64,000 bases of DNA from Sphingomonadales bacterium (GCA_028869175.1 JAGWTB010000001.1:2532-66531), one strand, 5' to 3'. Shown: positions 47,592 to 59,409, numbered from the stretch's first letter. Made by a program: numbers and translations. Notes: generated by a model from the letters alone, not told the origin.

Positions 47592-50150
47592 ATGCGCAAC
47601 GTTCTTCGCCGTACCGCCATCGCCGCGCTGCTCGCATCGACCACTTTCGTCACGCCTGCTTTCGCGCAGGATGCCCAAGCCAGCGCGAGCGACGACAACG
47701 GCTATGGCGAAATTATCGTCACGGCCCAGAAGCGTGAGGAAAACCTCCAGAACGTGCCGATCTCGATCCAGGCGATGGGCACCCAGAAGCTCGATGACCT
47801 GAACATCACCGATTTCAAGGGCTATGCCCAGCAGTTGCCTTCGGTTTCGTTCCAGGCGCTCGGCGGCACGCCCGGCACCAACGTGGTCTACATGCGCGGC
47901 GTGGCTTCGGGCGGTGATGGCAACCATTCCGGCTCGCTGCCTTCGGTCGGCGTCTATCTCGATGAGCAGCCAGTGACGACTATCGGCGGCAATCTTGACG
48001 TCCACGTCTATGACATCGCCCGCATCGAAAGCCTGTCCGGTCCGCAGGGCACGCTCTATGGTGCCTCGTCCGAAGCCGGCACGATCCGCATCATCACCAA
48101 CAAGCCCGACACGTCGGGCTTCTATGGCCGCGTCGACGGCGAAGTGAACACGGTCGCCCATGGCGGCGTCGGCGGCAAGATCGAAGGCATGATTAACGCG
48201 CCGCTTTCGGCCAATGCGGCGCTGCGCGTGGTCGGCTTCTACCAGCATGATGCAGGCTATATCGACAACGTGGCGGGCACCCGCCAGTTCTGCGGCACGA
48301 CGCTGTTTGACGGCGAAGGCGCGCCGATCGGTTGCAAGCTCGATGGCGTCAAGGTCACCAACGCCGCGCTGGTCAAGAACAACTACAACCAGACCGACAC
48401 CTACGGCGGCCGCGCGGCGCTGAAGGTGGATCTGGACGACAACTGGACGGTGACTCCGGCCGTCGTCTACCAGGAAACGAAGAGCCACGGCTCCTATGGC
48501 GTCGACAAGAGCCTGCCGGGGCTGAGCGTGCAGCACTTCTTCCCCGAATTCCGCAATGACAAGTTCGTCCAGGCGGCGCTGACCATCGAAGGCAAGATCG
48601 GCAACTGGGACCTGACCTATGCCGGGGCCTATCTTGATCGCAAGACCTTCTCCTCGTCGGACTATACCGACTATTCGGAAGCCTATGATTCGCTGTATCA
48701 GTCGGTTGGCGGGCTGGCCTACTATGTCGCGCTGCAGGATGCGGCGGGCAACACCATTGATCCGCGCCAGAAGGTGATCGGCAGCGATCACTTCAAGAAG
48801 ATGAGCCAGGAAGTGCGCATTTCCTCGCCCAGCACCGAACGGCTGCGGCTGGTCGCGGGGTTGTTCTACCAGCGCCAGTCGAATGACATCCATCAGGATT
48901 ACCAGATTGCCAATCTGGCGCCCAACCTGTCGGTCAACGGTTCGCCCGGCACGTTGTGGCTGACCCAGCAGCATCGCGTGGACAAGGACTATGCTGCCTT
49001 TGGCGAACTGAGCTTCGACATTACCGACCAGCTCAGCTTGACCGCCGGCGGCCGCCTGTTCAAGTATGACAACTCGCTGATCGGCTTCTTCGGCTTCGGC
49101 CGCAATCCGGGCGCGGGATTCACCGCTTCGCCGCCCAACGGGGCCTTCAGCAGCAAGACCGGCGTAGTTCAGTGCTTCAACACCTCGGGCGTGCGCCTCA
49201 AGCAGGCACTGGCCAATGGCGGCAGCATTGCACTGGCCCCCGCAGCCGTGGCGGGCGGTCCCTGCACCAACCTTGCCACCTGGAACGGCGGCCTGCAGCC
49301 GGTGCGCGCGAAGGACGATGGTGCGACCTATCGCTTCAACCTGACCTACAAGCCCAACAGCGACATGATGGTCTATGCCACGGTATCGCGCGGTTTCCGC
49401 CCGGGCGGCATCAACCGCCGCGTCGATGTGGCACCCTATGCGGCAGACTTCCTGCAGAACTACGAAATCGGCTGGAAGAGCTCGCCAATGCCCGGCCTGC
49501 GCTTCAACGGTGCGGTCTACATGCAGGACTGGAAGGCCTTCCAGTTCTCCTACCTCGGCGCGAACAGCTTCACCGAAATCCACAACGGCCCCAGCGCGCG
49601 CATCTGGGGCGTGGAAATGGACCTGAACTACAACGCTGGCCCGCTGGTGCTGAACCTTTCCGGCGCTTGGACCGATGCCAAGACGACCAAGAACCTGTGC
49701 CTGATCGACGATCCGACCTTTGCCTGCACCGGTGCGGGCAACCTGATTTCGGCACCCAAGGGCACGCGACTGCCGATCACGCCGCAGTGGAAGCTTTCCG
49801 GCACGATGCGCTATTCGAAGGAACTGGGGACGGCCAAGGCCTATGGCCAGCTCAACGCCACGTACCAGAGCCGCGCATCATCGGACATCCGCACCGCGAT
49901 CTTCGAAACCTTCAGCGGCAACGTGATCAGCCCGGCGGCGCAACTGGGCGAGCTTCCCGCCTTCGCGACGGTCAACCTTGCGGTCGGCGCGGACTGGGAC
50001 AAGTTCAATCTCGAACTGTTCGTCCAGAACGTGTTTGACCAGTTCGGCCAGATCTCGCGCTTCCAGGAGTGCGGTTCGTGCGGTCAGCGGCCCTACGTCG
50101 TACCGGTCCAGCCGCGCACCATCGGTCTGCGTGCCGGCATGAAGTTCTGA
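47592..50150 (+). CDS. TonB-dependent receptor
   Basis: TonB box EIIVTAQKREE, RIESLSGPQGTLYG, GFRPGG, terminal PRTIGLRAGMKF. Confidence 0.95.
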   Translation: MRNVLRRTAIAALLASTTFVTPAFAQDAQASASDDNGYGEIIVTAQKREENLQNVPISIQAMGTQKLDDLNITDFKGYAQQLPSVSFQALGGTPGTNVVYMRGVASGGDGNHSGSLPSVGVYLDEQPVTTIGGNLDVHVYDIARIESLSGPQGTLYGASSEAGTIRIITNKPDTSGFYGRVDGEVNTVAHGGVGGKIEGMINAPLSANAALRVVGFYQHDAGYIDNVAGTRQFCGTTLFDGEGAPIGCKLDGVKVTNAALVKNNYNQTDTYGGRAALKVDLDDNWTVTPAVVYQETKSHGSYGVDKSLPGLSVQHFFPEFRNDKFVQAALTIEGKIGNWDLTYAGAYLDRKTFSSSDYTDYSEAYDSLYQSVGGLAYYVALQDAAGNTIDPRQKVIGSDHFKKMSQEVRISSPSTERLRLVAGLFYQRQSNDIHQDYQIANLAPNLSVNGSPGTLWLTQQHRVDKDYAAFGELSFDITDQLSLTAGGRLFKYDNSLIGFFGFGRNPGAGFTASPPNGAFSSKTGVVQCFNTSGVRLKQALANGGSIALAPAAVAGGPCTNLATWNGGLQPVRAKDDGATYRFNLTYKPNSDMMVYATVSRGFRPGGINRRVDVAPYAADFLQNYEIGWKSSPMPGLRFNGAVYMQDWKAFQFSYLGANSFTEIHNGPSARIWGVEMDLNYNAGPLVLNLSGAWTDAKTTKNLCLIDDPTFACTGAGNLISAPKGTRLPITPQWKLSGTMRYSKELGTAKAYGQLNATYQSRASSDIRTAIFETFSGNVISPAAQLGELPAFATVNLAVGADWDKFNLELFVQNVFDQFGQISRFQECGSCGQRPYVVPVQPRTIGLRAGMKF

Positions 50151-50188
50151 CGGCTGCAGCCACGGCAACCGCCAAGGCAACCGGTTCA

Positions 50189-50218
50189 GCGCCTTCTCCC
50201 GAAACCGGGAGAGGGCGC
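50189..50218. terminator. Hairpin between convergent TonB receptor and ArsC genes
   Basis: GCGCCTTCTCCCG-aaac-CGGGAGAGGGCGC. Confidence 0.6.
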
Positions 50219-50227
50219 CTTGCCGTT

Positions 50228-50572
50228 CTACAGGATTTCGTGAACCCGTTCCTGTGGGCGGCAGAGCCGTACGCCTTTTTCGGTTTCGACCAGCGGACGC
50301 TCGATCAGCCGCGAATCGGCGGCCATGGCGGCCAGCACGTCGGCGTCTGCCGCTTGCGGTAGCCCGCGCTCCTCGGCATCCGTTCCCCTGATCCGCAGCC
50401 CCTGATGCGGCGGGATGCCGGCATCGCGATAGAGCTGCGCAAGCTTTTCGGCGCTGGGCGGGGTCTTGAGATATTCGATCACGGTCAGGTCCACATCCGG
50501 CACTTCCTCAAGGATTGCCAGTGTCTTGCGAGACGTGCCGCAGTTGGGATTGTGCCAGATCGTCGCCTTCAT
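50228..50572 (-). CDS. ArsC-family (glutaredoxin-type arsenate reductase-like) protein
   Basis: HNPNCGTSR, YLKTPP, LIERP, CRP.E; no other ars genes nearby. Confidence 0.88.
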   Translation of the reverse strand: MKATIWHNPNCGTSRKTLAILEEVPDVDLTVIEYLKTPPSAEKLAQLYRDAGIPPHQGLRIRGTDAEERGLPQAADADVLAAMAADSRLIERPLVETEKGVRLCRPQERVHEIL

Positions 50573-50658
50573 TGGTGGGTTCCTTCGTCGTTGTGCAGAG
50601 CCGGTGGATTGCCATTTCCCTAGCCTTGCGCAGGCTTCATCGCAATTTGATCCTTGTA

Positions 50659-50711
50659 AATGCGAACGACTCGCAATAGCAACGGCATTGTTATTGAGAA
50701 TCGCTCGCATC
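50659..50711. promoter_or_regulatory. Two Fur-box-like palindromes upstream of the TonB receptor
   Basis: AATGCGAACGACTCGCAAT (50659) and ATTGAGAATCGCTCGCATC (50693) resemble the alphaproteobacterial TGCGA-N5-TCGCA Fur box. Confidence 0.65.
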
Positions 50712-50721
50712 AAGGACTGTC

Positions 50722-52803
50722 ATGCCCCGCACTTGCTCCCTGCTCCTCGTTACCTGCGCCGTGCTGGTCCCGGCCATCCCGGCTCACGCTGACGAACTGG
50801 ACGCAGAAGGCTCGACCATTGTCGTCACCGCCGAGGCTTCAGGCTATCGCGACGCGGTTGTCAGCGGCACCAAGACCGGCATTCCGCTGCTCGATACTCC
50901 GCAGGCGATAGCAACGCTCAGCCGCGATCAGCTTGACGATCAGGGGGTGGAGCAACTGAACGACGCGCTGCGCTATGTTCCCGGCGTGGTGCTGGGGCAG
51001 GGCGAGGGTCATCGCGATCAGGTGGTGCTGCGCGGCCAATCCTCCACCGCCGACTTCTTCCTCGACGGGCTGCGCGACGATGCCCAGTATTACCGCCCGC
51101 TTTTCAATACCGAACGCGTGGAAGTGCTGAAGGGTGCCAACGCGCTGCTGTTCGGTCGCGGCGGCGGCGGCGGGGTGATCAACCGGGTATCGAAGACCCC
51201 CAGCTTCGCCGGCACCAAAGGCGGGCTGACCGGCGGGGTGGACAGCTTTGGTGCGTGGTCGCTTGCCGCCGATCTCGACAAGCCACTGTCAGACGCCGCC
51301 GCGCTGCGGCTGAACGGCACCTACGAGGAATTCGCCAACCATCGAGACAGTTTTGACGGCCACTTCATCGGACTGGCTCCCACGCTGGCGGCAAGGCTGG
51401 GCGAGGCGACCACGCTGACGCTGGCATACGAATTCGACCAGGACAGCCGCATGACCGATCGCGGCGTGCCCTCGCTTGGCGGCGTGCCCATTTCCGGCCA
51501 TGACCGCACCTTCTTTGGCGATCCGGCGATCAATCGCAGTAAAGTCACCGCGCACCTCGCGCGGGCGCGGATCGATCACGCATTCTCGGACGGGCTCACC
51601 GCCAACCTCTCCGTGCAATATGCCCGTTATGACAAATACTACGGCAACCTGCTCGCCAGCAGCGCGACGGCCAGCAGCGTTACCCTCACCGGCTATGATA
51701 GCGCCGGTCTGCGCGAAAACCGCGTGGTGCAGGGCAATCTGGTGTGGAAGGGCGATACGGCAGGCCTCAGCCACACCGTGCTTGCCGGCTTCGAGGCGGC
51801 TGACCAGGATAGCAGCGCGACTCGCCGCGACGCAGTGTTCGCGGCAGCGGGTGGTGGCACCGCCAGTTCGGCCACGGTTCCCCTTGCGCGCAGCCTGATC
51901 CTGCCGGCGGCAAGCTGGTCCGCGGTCAACCGTTCGACCACCTCAAGCGTCCGCTCACTCTCGGCCCACGTTCAGGACCAGATCGCGCTTGGCGACCACC
52001 TGCAACTGGTCGCCGGGCTGCGTTATGACGATTTCCGCATCACCTCGCTCAACCGCATCAACCAGTTCGCCGCCATTCGCGGCGACGGCAAGTGGTCGCC
52101 GCGCCTTGGGCTGATCGTCAAGCCGCGCGAAACCATGTCGTTCTATGTCAGCTACGCGAAAAGCTTCCTGCCGCAATCGGGCGATCAGTTCGCCGTCCTC
52201 GATGCCACCACGGCGACGCTCGCGCCTGAAGAGTTCCGCAATATCGAGGCCGGAGTGAAATGGGACTTGCGCCGCGCACTGGCCTTCACCGCCGCGCTCT
52301 ATCAGGTGGATCGCAGCAACACCCGCTCGATCGATCCGGTCACCGGCAACCCGGTGCTGACCGGACGCAGCCGGGTGAAAGGGGTCGAACTGTCGCTCGC
52401 CGGGCGGATCATGCCGCAATGGCAGGCCAGCCTGGGCTATGCCCTGCAGGATGGCAGGATCATCACCGCCACCACTGCCGCCCCGGCCGGCCGCCGGCTC
52501 GCGCAGTTGCCGCGTCACCAGTTCAGTGCCTGGTCGTGCTATGACGTGTCGCGCAAGCTGGGCCTTGGGCTGGGATTGGTCCACCAGTCGTCCCAGTTCG
52601 CCACGATCAGCAATGCGGTGCGCCTGCCCGGCTTCACCCGGTTCGACGCGGCGATCTACTATGATGTCAGTGATCGCGTCACGCTTCAGCTCAACGCCGA
52701 GAACCTGACCGACACCCGCTACTATCCCAGCGCCCACACCGACAACAACATCTCTACCGGCGAACCGCTGAACGCGAAGCTGACGGCACGGGTGAAGTTC
52801 TAA
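50722..52803 (+). CDS. TonB-dependent siderophore receptor (Fiu/PiuA-like)
   Basis: TKTGIPLLDTPQ, GQGEGHRD, RVEVLKGANALLFGRGGGGGVINRVSK, terminal ARVKF. Confidence 0.93.
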   Translation: MPRTCSLLLVTCAVLVPAIPAHADELDAEGSTIVVTAEASGYRDAVVSGTKTGIPLLDTPQAIATLSRDQLDDQGVEQLNDALRYVPGVVLGQGEGHRDQVVLRGQSSTADFFLDGLRDDAQYYRPLFNTERVEVLKGANALLFGRGGGGGVINRVSKTPSFAGTKGGLTGGVDSFGAWSLAADLDKPLSDAAALRLNGTYEEFANHRDSFDGHFIGLAPTLAARLGEATTLTLAYEFDQDSRMTDRGVPSLGGVPISGHDRTFFGDPAINRSKVTAHLARARIDHAFSDGLTANLSVQYARYDKYYGNLLASSATASSVTLTGYDSAGLRENRVVQGNLVWKGDTAGLSHTVLAGFEAADQDSSATRRDAVFAAAGGGTASSATVPLARSLILPAASWSAVNRSTTSSVRSLSAHVQDQIALGDHLQLVAGLRYDDFRITSLNRINQFAAIRGDGKWSPRLGLIVKPRETMSFYVSYAKSFLPQSGDQFAVLDATTATLAPEEFRNIEAGVKWDLRRALAFTAALYQVDRSNTRSIDPVTGNPVLTGRSRVKGVELSLAGRIMPQWQASLGYALQDGRIITATTAAPAGRRLAQLPRHQFSAWSCYDVSRKLGLGLGLVHQSSQFATISNAVRLPGFTRFDAAIYYDVSDRVTLQLNAENLTDTRYYPSAHTDNNISTGEPLNAKLTARVKF

Positions 52804-52962
52804 AGCGCTTGTTGCACTGCGGCAAAGATGTGACAGGTCACGGCAAAACGCGGATTGCCTGTTACACTTTCGTTGCGTGCCGGGTGATTGATCCTAGCAT
52901 CGCCCCATCATTGGACCGACGCGCCGATCCGCTCGGCGCTGGTCTCAAAAAGGGGTCACGTC

Positions 52963-55719
52963 ATGAAAGCCGCATTTCGCACAGCACTGCTCACCACCTT
53001 TTCGGCGCTGAGCTTCGCCAGCGCCGCGCAGGCGCAGGATGCCGCCGCCGCTGCGGAGCCCGATGCCGCGACGATCATCGTCACCGGCACGCGCGCCACC
53101 AGCCGCACGGTCGAAAACTCGCCGGTACCGGTCGACGTGATTTCGTCCGAGTCGATCGGTCAGGGCGGGACGGGCGAAATCAACCGCTCGCTCAACAAGT
53201 TGGTGCCTTCGTTCAACTTCCCGCAGCCTGCCATTGCCGACGGTTCGGACGCGCTGCGCCCGGCCACGCTGCGCGGGCTCTCGCCCGACCAGACGCTGGT
53301 GCTGGTCAATGGCAAGCGCCGGCATGTTTCGGCGTTGCTCAACATCAACGGCACCGTCGGGCGCGGTTCGGCTGCGGTCGACATGAATTCGATTCCCAGC
53401 CTGGCCATCGAACGGATCGAAGTGCTGCGTGATGGCGCTTCGTCGCAATACGGCTCGGATGCGATTGCCGGAGTGATCAACATCCGGCTGAAGAAGGCCA
53501 ACGAAGGCGGCCGCGCCACGGCGAGCTACGGCAAGTACGTCACCACCATCGACAACGTCGCCAACATTACCGGTCTGCAGATCGTCAATGGCCAGCCGGT
53601 GCTCGATCCCAACGACACCCGCTACTTCCTCGCAAACAGCGATGGCGCGCGCAAGGCGCGTGATGGTGAAAGCTATGCCATCGCCAGCAATTTCGGCCTG
53701 CCCTTCTTCGGCAACAAGGATGGCTACATCAACCTGACCATGGAATACCGCCATCGCGGCAATACCAACCGCCAGGGCTATGATCTGCGCCCGAACTACA
53801 TTCGCCCCACCGCCACTACCTTCGACCCGCGCGAGGCCGCGTTCAACCGGCTTGAGTTCCGCTTCGGCGATCCCAAGGCGGACGACTACACGCTGTTCCT
53901 CAATGCCGGGGTGCCGGTGGGTGCCTTCGATTTCTACACCACCGCCAGCTTCAACCAGCGCGATTCGCTGAGCGCGGCAAACTACCGGCAGGAGAACAAT
54001 TCGGCCAACCGTGACTGGTCGGTGCTCGCGCCGAACACCGCCCCGACCAATGCCAACTTCGTGGCGCTGACCCCGGACGGCTTCCTGCCGTTCATCAAGT
54101 CTGACCTGACCGATTATGCCGCCACGGTGGGCCTGAAGAGCGATCTTGGCGAATGGGGCGTCGATGCGTCGTGGGGCTATGGCCACAATGCCTTCGACTA
54201 TGCGGTGCAGAACTCGCTCAACACGAGCTTCGGTCCGGCCAGCCAGCGCAGTTTCGATGCTGGCGGGCTGCGGTATGGCCAACTGATCGGCAACCTCGAT
54301 TTCAGCCGCGATTTCGACATGGGCTTTGCCAAGCCGCTGACGCTGGCGTTCGGTCTGGAATACCGCCACGAACAGTTCCAGATTCGTCCCGGTGACCTGC
54401 AATCGTGGGCCATCGGTCCCTATTTCAAGGCCAGCTTCTCCACCACGGCAGCCAACTGCGCGGCGCAGTCGGGCGTGTTCAACGCCGGAACCAGCGTCTG
54501 CTCGTTCCCCGGCCGCGCCGCCGCTGCGGGCGCGCAGGGCTTCCCCGGCATCCCGGCCTCCAGTGCCACCAATGCCAAGCGTCACTCCTATGCCGGCTAT
54601 GTCGAGCTCGATACCGATCCGGTGCCGGGCCTGTCGGTTACTGCCGCCGCGCGGTTTGAGCATTTCTCGGACTTCGGCAACACCGTCACCGGCAAGTTCG
54701 CCGCGCGTTATGAACTGGTGCCGGGGATTGCCCTGCGCGGTTCGGTGTCGAACGGGTTCCGCGCCCCGTCGCTGCACCAGCAGTTCTTCACCACCACTTC
54801 GACCAACTTCATCTCCGGCGTTCCGGTGGACATTTCCACCCTGGCGGTGGGTAACCCGGTTGCCCGTGCGCTGGGATCGAAGGACCTGAAGCCTGAAAAG
54901 TCGTTCAACATCTCGGGCGGGATCACCGCCAGCCCGCTGGCAGGGCTGACGCTGACGGTGGACTACTACAACATCAAGATCACCGACCGCGTGGTGCTGA
55001 CCGAAAACCTCGGTGCCGCTGGCGCGGGCACGGCGGCGGTGAACAGTGCCGTCAAGGCTGTGCTGGACGCCAACGGCTTCAGTTCGGTCGGCGCGGCGCG
55101 CTTCTTCATCAACGGGCTTGATACCCGCACCCAGGGTGTCGACGCGGTGCTCAACTGGCGCGTGCCGGTCAGCGAATCGATGGGCAAGTGGACCCTGACC
55201 GCCGCCTACAACTACAACAAGCAGAAGATCCTCAAGTACCACAACGATCTGGGGCCGCTCGCCACGATTCCGGGGCTGGTGCTGTTCGGGCGCGTGGAGA
55301 GCCTGCGCTTCACCGAAGGCCAGCCGCGCGACAAGGTGGTGCTGAGCCTGGATGGCGATGTCGGAAAGTTCGGCCTGTCGGCGCGCACGACGCGCTACGG
55401 CAAGGTCACCTCGCCCGGATCGGCCAATCCCATCGCCAATCCCACCAGCCTGACCGAATACGGGCCTGACGACATCTTCCTGCGCGCCAAGTGGATCACC
55501 GACCTTGAACTGCGCTTCAAGCCGATTGATCGGGTTACGCTGTCTGTGGGCGCGGACAACGTGTTTGATGTCTATCCGGACCGCTCGCCCTTCGGGCTGC
55601 GTCCGGCGACGACCGGCGGGTCCTATCCGGCGAACCAGGAATATATCCCGTTCTCGATCTTCTCGCCGTTCGGCTTCAACGGCCGCTACCTCTATGCACG
55701 GGTGGGCGTGGACTTCTGA
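52963..55719 (+). CDS. TonB-dependent receptor
   Basis: IIVTGTR, SPVPVDV, LRGLSPDQTLVLVNGKRRH, RIEVLRDGASSQYGSDAIAGVINI, PFGFNGR..Y....DF. Confidence 0.95.
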   Translation: MKAAFRTALLTTFSALSFASAAQAQDAAAAAEPDAATIIVTGTRATSRTVENSPVPVDVISSESIGQGGTGEINRSLNKLVPSFNFPQPAIADGSDALRPATLRGLSPDQTLVLVNGKRRHVSALLNINGTVGRGSAAVDMNSIPSLAIERIEVLRDGASSQYGSDAIAGVINIRLKKANEGGRATASYGKYVTTIDNVANITGLQIVNGQPVLDPNDTRYFLANSDGARKARDGESYAIASNFGLPFFGNKDGYINLTMEYRHRGNTNRQGYDLRPNYIRPTATTFDPREAAFNRLEFRFGDPKADDYTLFLNAGVPVGAFDFYTTASFNQRDSLSAANYRQENNSANRDWSVLAPNTAPTNANFVALTPDGFLPFIKSDLTDYAATVGLKSDLGEWGVDASWGYGHNAFDYAVQNSLNTSFGPASQRSFDAGGLRYGQLIGNLDFSRDFDMGFAKPLTLAFGLEYRHEQFQIRPGDLQSWAIGPYFKASFSTTAANCAAQSGVFNAGTSVCSFPGRAAAAGAQGFPGIPASSATNAKRHSYAGYVELDTDPVPGLSVTAAARFEHFSDFGNTVTGKFAARYELVPGIALRGSVSNGFRAPSLHQQFFTTTSTNFISGVPVDISTLAVGNPVARALGSKDLKPEKSFNISGGITASPLAGLTLTVDYYNIKITDRVVLTENLGAAGAGTAAVNSAVKAVLDANGFSSVGAARFFINGLDTRTQGVDAVLNWRVPVSESMGKWTLTAAYNYNKQKILKYHNDLGPLATIPGLVLFGRVESLRFTEGQPRDKVVLSLDGDVGKFGLSARTTRYGKVTSPGSANPIANPTSLTEYGPDDIFLRAKWITDLELRFKPIDRVTLSVGADNVFDVYPDRSPFGLRPATTGGSYPANQEYIPFSIFSPFGFNGRYLYARVGVDF

Positions 55720-55740
55720 TCCACGGCCCTCGTTCGATCA

Positions 55741-55777
55741 AAAAGGGCGTGGCAGCACATCGCTGCCGCGCCCTTTT
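55741..55777 (+). terminator. Rho-independent terminator, probably bidirectional
   Basis: AAAAGGGCGTGGCAGC...GCTGCCGCGCCCTTTT. Confidence 0.8.
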
Positions 55778-55968
55778 CGTATTGGAGTGGATCAACGCGG
55801 CACGCGCAACTGCCGCATGCCCTTGGTCCGGCTGGTCAGGTGATAGCCCCGGCACAGGGCGCACCGATAAGGGCGCAGCGTTACCTCCGCCGCCAGCGCG
55901 ACGCGCACGGCTTCCGGTTCAGTGACGAAGCGTTGCTTGCGGCGGCAAATGCCGGGCCGTGTGCGCAC

Positions 55969-57066
55969 TCAGCGCGAAGCGGTGTGGCGCGAGCCCTGAC
56001 CGTCAGTCTGGTAACCGTCGTAGATCGCGCGGGCCAGGCTGGCGATGCGGCTGTCGCGGCTGGCCTTGTTGCTCTGCCCGGTGACGTAGATTGCCACGGC
56101 ATAGGCCCGACCGTCAGGCGCTTCGATGATGCCGATGTCGCTGGCCGTGTTCGACAGCGTGCCGGTCTTGTGCAGCGCGCGGGCCCCTTCGGGCAGCAGT
56201 GCGGGGATGCGGTGCTTGCCGGTTTCGCAGCGGCTCATCGCGCCGAGCAGAACCATCCGGCTTTCCGAGCTCAGCCACTGGCCGCGGTAGAGGCCGGATA
56301 GCAGGCGGACCATGGCCAGCGGCGTGGCACTGTCACGCATGTCGATCTGGGTAGCCGGATCGACCGCGCCATCATCGCGCACCAGCGTGGCGATGTCACG
56401 ATCAATGCGGATGCCGGCCAGACCGGCGCGGCGCAGCCAGCGATTGACCGCCTGCGGACCGCCAACGGCGGCAAGCAGCGCGTCGGTTGCCTGATTGTCG
56501 CTGCGGGTCAGCGAAAGCTCGATCAGGCTCTGCGCCGTCAGCATGTCGCCCGCGCGGACCGGGGCGACGGCCCCTGCGAACTTGGGCGAAGGCAGCGGCA
56601 CCATCAGGGGGTACATGTCGGACAGGCGCCAGCGGCCCTGATCCACCCCGTCAAGGAAGGTAGCAGCGATGGCGACCTTGCTGGTCGAGGCCATGGGGAA
56701 GGGCTGATCGCCCAGCACGGCAACGTTGCGCCCGCTCGACAGATCGACCGCAGCCACGCCGATGCGGCCCATGTCCGGGCTGGCCAGCGCGGCGATCTGG
56801 GCTTCGAGATTGCTGGAATAGGCAAAGGTGGGCGCACGCTGCGCGACCTGGGGTGCCGGTGCGGGCATGACGAAGCCCTGCTGCACCGCGCGGGGCTGGG
56901 TGCCCAGCGTCCGGTCGAAAGCCGATTCGAGATCGTTGGCATCGGCGCGGGCAGTTGCCGGCGCAGCCAAGGTGCCGGCGATTGCCAGCAGGCCCATGAT
57001 ACTACCCGAGGCGACCCGGGCGATCCGCTGTTTCAGTCCCGTCTTCACAAGGTCCATATATGCCAA
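55969..57066 (-). CDS. Serine hydrolase, class A beta-lactamase-like fold
   Basis: FPMASTSK (SxxK), SDN, HKTGT; start uncertain. Confidence 0.88.
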   Translation of the reverse strand: MAYMDLVKTGLKQRIARVASGSIMGLLAIAGTLAAPATARADANDLESAFDRTLGTQPRAVQQGFVMPAPAPQVAQRAPTFAYSSNLEAQIAALASPDMGRIGVAAVDLSSGRNVAVLGDQPFPMASTSKVAIAATFLDGVDQGRWRLSDMYPLMVPLPSPKFAGAVAPVRAGDMLTAQSLIELSLTRSDNQATDALLAAVGGPQAVNRWLRRAGLAGIRIDRDIATLVRDDGAVDPATQIDMRDSATPLAMVRLLSGLYRGQWLSSESRMVLLGAMSRCETGKHRIPALLPEGARALHKTGTLSNTASDIGIIEAPDGRAYAVAIYVTGQSNKASRDSRIASLARAIYDGYQTDGQGSRHTASR

Positions 57067-57229
57067 GTTTCCCTGCCATTACCTTAACCGGGCGGCGAAC
57101 GAGGGCAACGCCTCAGGCGACGAGTTGCCCTGTGCCTGCGGGAAATTGCGTAAATGGGCAATAATCTTCGAAAATCCGGTGGCCCGAACCTAACAATGCC
57201 GATCAGAGCGGCCCCGGCAGGCAGCCATC

Positions 57230-57265
57230 AAAAAGGGCCGGGGGATCGCTCCCCCGGCCCGTTCT
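57230..57265 (-). terminator. groEL terminator
   Basis: Minus strand GGGCCGGGGGA-gcga-TCCCCCGGCCC followed by TTTTT. Confidence 0.85.
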
Positions 57266-57291
57266 GTTTGCCGTTCGGCAGGTGACCAGGC

Positions 57292-59051
<1,760 letters not shown>

Positions 59052-59052
59052 T

Positions 59053-59340
59053 TCAGGCGATCACGCCCAGAATGTCGCTTTCCTTCATGATCAGAAGGTC
59101 TTCGCCGTTCACCTTGACTTCGGTGCCCGACCACTTGCCGAACAGCACGCGGTCGCCCGCCTTGACGTCCATCGGGGTGATCGTGCCGTTCTCGGCGCGC
59201 GCGCCCGAACCGACGGCGACGACTTCGCCTTCAGCCGGCTTTTCCTTGGCGCTGTCGGGGATGATGATGCCGCCGGCAGTCTTTTCTTCGGCCTCGACGC
59301 GGCGAACCAGCACGCGGTCGTGCAGGGGACGAAAGCTCAT
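59053..59340 (-). CDS. groES: Co-chaperonin GroES
   Basis: [27 protein letters not shown]. Confidence 0.99.
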   Translation of the reverse strand: MSFRPLHDRVLVRRVEAEEKTAGGIIIPDSAKEKPAEGEVVAVGSGARAENGTITPMDVKAGDRVLFGKWSGTEVKVNGEDLLIMKESDILGVIA

Positions 59341-59375
59341 GTGGGATAACCTCTCTACATGATGGTTGATGTGTC

Positions 59376-59402
59376 TTGGCACTCCCACCAGGAGAGTGCC
59401 AG
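59376..59402. promoter_or_regulatory. CIRCE element (HrcA operator)
   Basis: TTGGCACTC-N9-GAGTGCCAG upstream of groES. Confidence 0.92.
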
Positions 59403-59409
59403 CGAGGCG

